A stretch of DNA of 16,068 nt from a virus (lineage: Duplodnaviria > Heunggongvirae > Uroviricota > Caudoviricetes), in the IMG/VR virus record IMGVR_UViG_3300045118_000414; one strand, written 5' to 3'. The first letter of the stretch is position 1. Every line of letters begins with the position of its first letter. The position numbers and the translations under genes were made by a program. Under the pieces are notes generated by a model that was given only the letters and a program-made list of their open reading frames with translations, was not told the DNA's origin and did not search any database. This document shows positions 13,957 to 16,068 of the stretch, piece after piece.

Positions 13957-13965
13957 TCTTATACC
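13957..13965 (-). promoter_or_regulatory. TGGTATAAGA, putative extended -10 of the 13901-10238 leftward operon
   Basis: Same motif as the other divergent regions; about 55 nt upstream of the ATG at 13901. Confidence 0.5.
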
Positions 13966-13968
13966 ATA

Positions 13969-14238
13969 ATGCCAGTAACTATAGACGATTTAGAATTATT
14001 AGCCACTACTCGAATTGCGTCGGAAATATCACAATATGTCAATATGCAATACGATGCTGGTAAGATATTATGTATTCAAAACAATGTACGACACGTTACA
14101 GATAAAATTTTTAGCAGAGCGGTTGCTAGTCGGATCGTGCGTATTTTTCAAAAACAATACAACACCGCAAACTATCCAGACACTTTAAAGATCGATGATG
14201 AGTACACCTTCTCTTGGCAGTCCGATATTAAGTGGTAA
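13969..14238 (+). CDS. Small hypothetical protein
   Basis: 89-aa ORF, first of a rightward three-gene cluster; no SD seen. Confidence 0.6.
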   Translation: MPVTIDDLELLATTRIASEISQYVNMQYDAGKILCIQNNVRHVTDKIFSRAVASRIVRIFQKQYNTANYPDTLKIDDEYTFSWQSDIKW

Positions 14239-14758
14239 TATATATAGTATAAATACTGGTATTTCTTTGACCGCTGATTTAAGAGAAAAAGGCCGTCAGG
14301 TTTTATTGGTATTAAATACATTATTTAAGGGCCGTGTTATAATAGCTCGAAATACATTTTATAAATTTTCTTCCAGACTTCTTACAAAAGATGAAGCCAC
14401 TAATTATATCGAAAAGCTGTTTCCGGAAAAACTTTTTCAACGGGTAATAAATAAAGATATTTATGCAGTATCTCCGGCAGAGATACTAAAATACTACGAA
14501 GCTTACGATCAAACGTCTTGTTTTGATATTCGTTTTCCAAAAACATCTGCTGAAGCACCCGAGGCTATCGTAGTAATAGAAAAAATAATATTTTATAATG
14601 AATTATACTTAGAATTCAACGCCGCACAAGCGCAGTTTAATCCATTACCATCTACAAACAAATTATACATGTACCCTCCATTAATATTTACTGATAATAC
14701 AGATAGACCGCCTGACGCACCGGTGTCGATAAATTATGACCAAACAAAAACAAACTAA
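14195..14758 (+). CDS. Hypothetical protein (start uncertain, possibly TTG 14267)
   Basis: Open frame of 187 aa between two other + strand genes; the ATG at 14195 would overlap the upstream gene by 44 nt. Confidence 0.65.
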   Translation: MMSTPSLGSPILSGNIYSINTGISLTADLREKGRQVLLVLNTLFKGRVIIARNTFYKFSSRLLTKDEATNYIEKLFPEKLFQRVINKDIYAVSPAEILKYYEAYDQTSCFDIRFPKTSAEAPEAIVVIEKIIFYNELYLEFNAAQAQFNPLPSTNKLYMYPPLIFTDNTDRPPDAPVSINYDQTKTN

Positions 14759-15245
14759 TGGTAACAATGGCTTTCGATTTTCATTGAAGGCTCTCGTAAC
14801 AAATAAAATAAAAAGATTCAGTGACGATATTTCGAAACGTAACGGTAAAAGTAACATCACTGAAGAATGGCTTTACAATCGACTCAAGCAATTATTACTC
14901 CCAGGCAATTTTATAGCCTGCGAGACATGCGGCATGCCAATGACGTGGGATGCCCTGACGATCGATCACAAAGTTCCTCGATCGTACTATAAACGATACC
15001 GTGGTAATATACATAATACTGATAATTTAAATATTATATGCCCGGCTTGTAATAGTTTAAAAGGTCAACGTACCTTACCACAATTTCTAACGGTATTACG
15101 TGCCAGAAATGATGAGATACAAAAAATGGCCGCTCCTTATCGTAACCAACCACAACCTCCTATTATAGCCCCGATGTATCCAGATATCGGATTAGGTCTA
15201 AAAATATTTGGACCAGATAAAGCGCATAAACGATTGAAACAGTAA
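14736..15245 (+). CDS. HNH endonuclease (Zn-binding CxxC...DH...N...CxxCN type)
   Basis: CETCG...TIDHKVPRS...NTDNLNIICPACNSLKG. Confidence 0.9.
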   Translation: MTKQKQTNGNNGFRFSLKALVTNKIKRFSDDISKRNGKSNITEEWLYNRLKQLLLPGNFIACETCGMPMTWDALTIDHKVPRSYYKRYRGNIHNTDNLNIICPACNSLKGQRTLPQFLTVLRARNDEIQKMAAPYRNQPQPPIIAPMYPDIGLGLKIFGPDKAHKRLKQ

Positions 15246-15279
15246 AAAAAAAGACCCGGGTCATCATCTCGGGTCTTTT
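15244..15279. terminator. Bidirectional intrinsic terminator between convergent genes
   Basis: A9-GACCCGGG-tcatcat-CTCGGGTC-T4. Confidence 0.8.
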
Positions 15280-15284
15280 AGTTT

Positions 15285-15500
15285 CTAGCGCGGTTTACTA
15301 CATAATTCACGAATTCGGTCTGATTCCAGCAATGCAAGTTGTTTACGTGATTCTTCTGCAGATAGATACGGTTTCTTACTGTTGCCGCATTGATCAGTTT
15401 CAGGCAAACATAAATAGGTCGACCCAACCACTCGATCAGGTAGCACCAAAAAATCGTTGTGTGTTTTATTAAGCGCTTCTAAGTCTTTCGGGGTAAGCAT
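15285..15500 (-). CDS. Small hypothetical protein
   Basis: 71 aa; AGGA upstream; ends just before the terminator. Confidence 0.6.
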   Translation of the reverse strand: MLTPKDLEALNKTHNDFLVLPDRVVGSTYLCLPETDQCGNSKKPYLSAEESRKQLALLESDRIRELCSKPR

Positions 15501-15504
15501 ATTA

Positions 15505-16056
15505 CTATCCTATGATACCATAATGTAATTCAATAGTGGCGACCTTATGTAGTCGTACCAATAACGCCTGAAAAGCCGGTGTATATTTTTCCCATTCGGG
15601 TGGCAATGCCTGATTTTTTGGCACTACGCACATGGCATCTTCATGGATCCATGCTTCTTCACCATCAACATATGGTGTGAGTTTGCTTATCGTAACCACA
15701 TTTTGGTCTTGGTAGGCCTTTAATACCATTAATGTTGGGGCATCAAAAATCGCACGATGTCCGCCGGGAGCTACGTATCCGCCTTTTACTTTGGCGAAAT
15801 CTACGATTGGCCTTAATTTGTTTCCTTCGAGATCTGTTACAACCTGTGCAAATGATCCCGAACCCTTGGAAAATGGTCCGCACTCATTTGCTTGGATATG
15901 TAATGTTGCTCCTTTTACCTCTGGGTAAAATTTACGGCGATCTGATCCAGGTGCAACTCGATCCTTCAACACCACAACAATGCGGCGCTTATCAAGACTC
16001 GAGTACACATTGGTGAGCAAGGCTTTTTTCAGTTCTTGCCTTCGCATATCATGCAC
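15505..16056 (-). CDS. Hypothetical protein, possibly 5'-truncated by the window edge
   Basis: 183 aa or more. The listed start is a GTG and the frame stays open to position 16068. Confidence 0.75.
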   Translation of the reverse strand: MHDMRRQELKKALLTNVYSSLDKRRIVVVLKDRVAPGSDRRKFYPEVKGATLHIQANECGPFSKGSGSFAQVVTDLEGNKLRPIVDFAKVKGGYVAPGGHRAIFDAPTLMVLKAYQDQNVVTISKLTPYVDGEEAWIHEDAMCVVPKNQALPPEWEKYTPAFQALLVRLHKVATIELHYGIIG

Positions 16057-16068
16057 GCGCGCGAAAGC

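Noticed and set aside
8931-16016. Alternative ORFs 8931..9125, 9158..9364, 10641..10991, 11259..11519, 11435..11737, 12102..12296, 13176..13376, 13395..13619, 13405..13590 and 15732..16016
   Set aside because: They are nested in or antisense to genes that have SD sites and tile into operons, and they have no independent support.
1-16068. Stop-codon reassignment (genetic code 15 or 4)
   Set aside because: Coding density is high in code 11, and TAA, TAG and TGA all end genes at sensible junctions, several next to terminators or in ATGA overlaps.
1-16068. CRISPR array, tRNA, rRNA, integrase or transposase
   Set aside because: No regularly spaced direct repeats, cloverleaf or recombinase motifs were seen by eye; a tRNAscan or Infernal run would be needed to exclude short RNAs fully.

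Overview
About 16 kb of AT-rich, densely coding DNA that reads as part of a large tailed (probably contractile-tailed) dsDNA phage or prophage in the standard genetic code; no rRNA, tRNA or CRISPR array was seen. It has four parts. (1) A 398-bp non-coding left end rich in A/T tracts, then two leftward genes. (2) A rightward structural block, 2002-8832: a gpV/gp5-type tail spike with an HxH tip and its small partner, then one promoter-to-terminator unit (3530-8848). That unit encodes a 105-aa protein matching ONE repeat of the eukaryotic mitochondrial carrier (SLC25) family, several glycine-zipper hairpin proteins, a 576-aa protein studded with K-T-A motifs, a permuted NlpC/P60 (C92-like) cysteine hydrolase and an ATP-grasp ligase; both enzymes are bracketed by hydrophobic helices. 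(3) A mostly leftward run of small accessory genes, 8878-13901, including a thioredoxin-fold protein that has lost its CxxC, a Cys-rich paralog pair, Zn ribbons and a lipoprotein. (4) A small rightward operon ending in an HNH nuclease, and two leftward ORFs. Regulation is legible: sigma70-type promoters end exactly 5 nt before three ATGs (leaderless mRNAs), a GGTATAAGA motif precedes the leftward units, there are several intrinsic terminators, and one leader has a three-way-junction/pseudoknot fold next to its Shine-Dalgarno site. All protein family calls come from motif recognition by eye and need HMM or structure confirmation.
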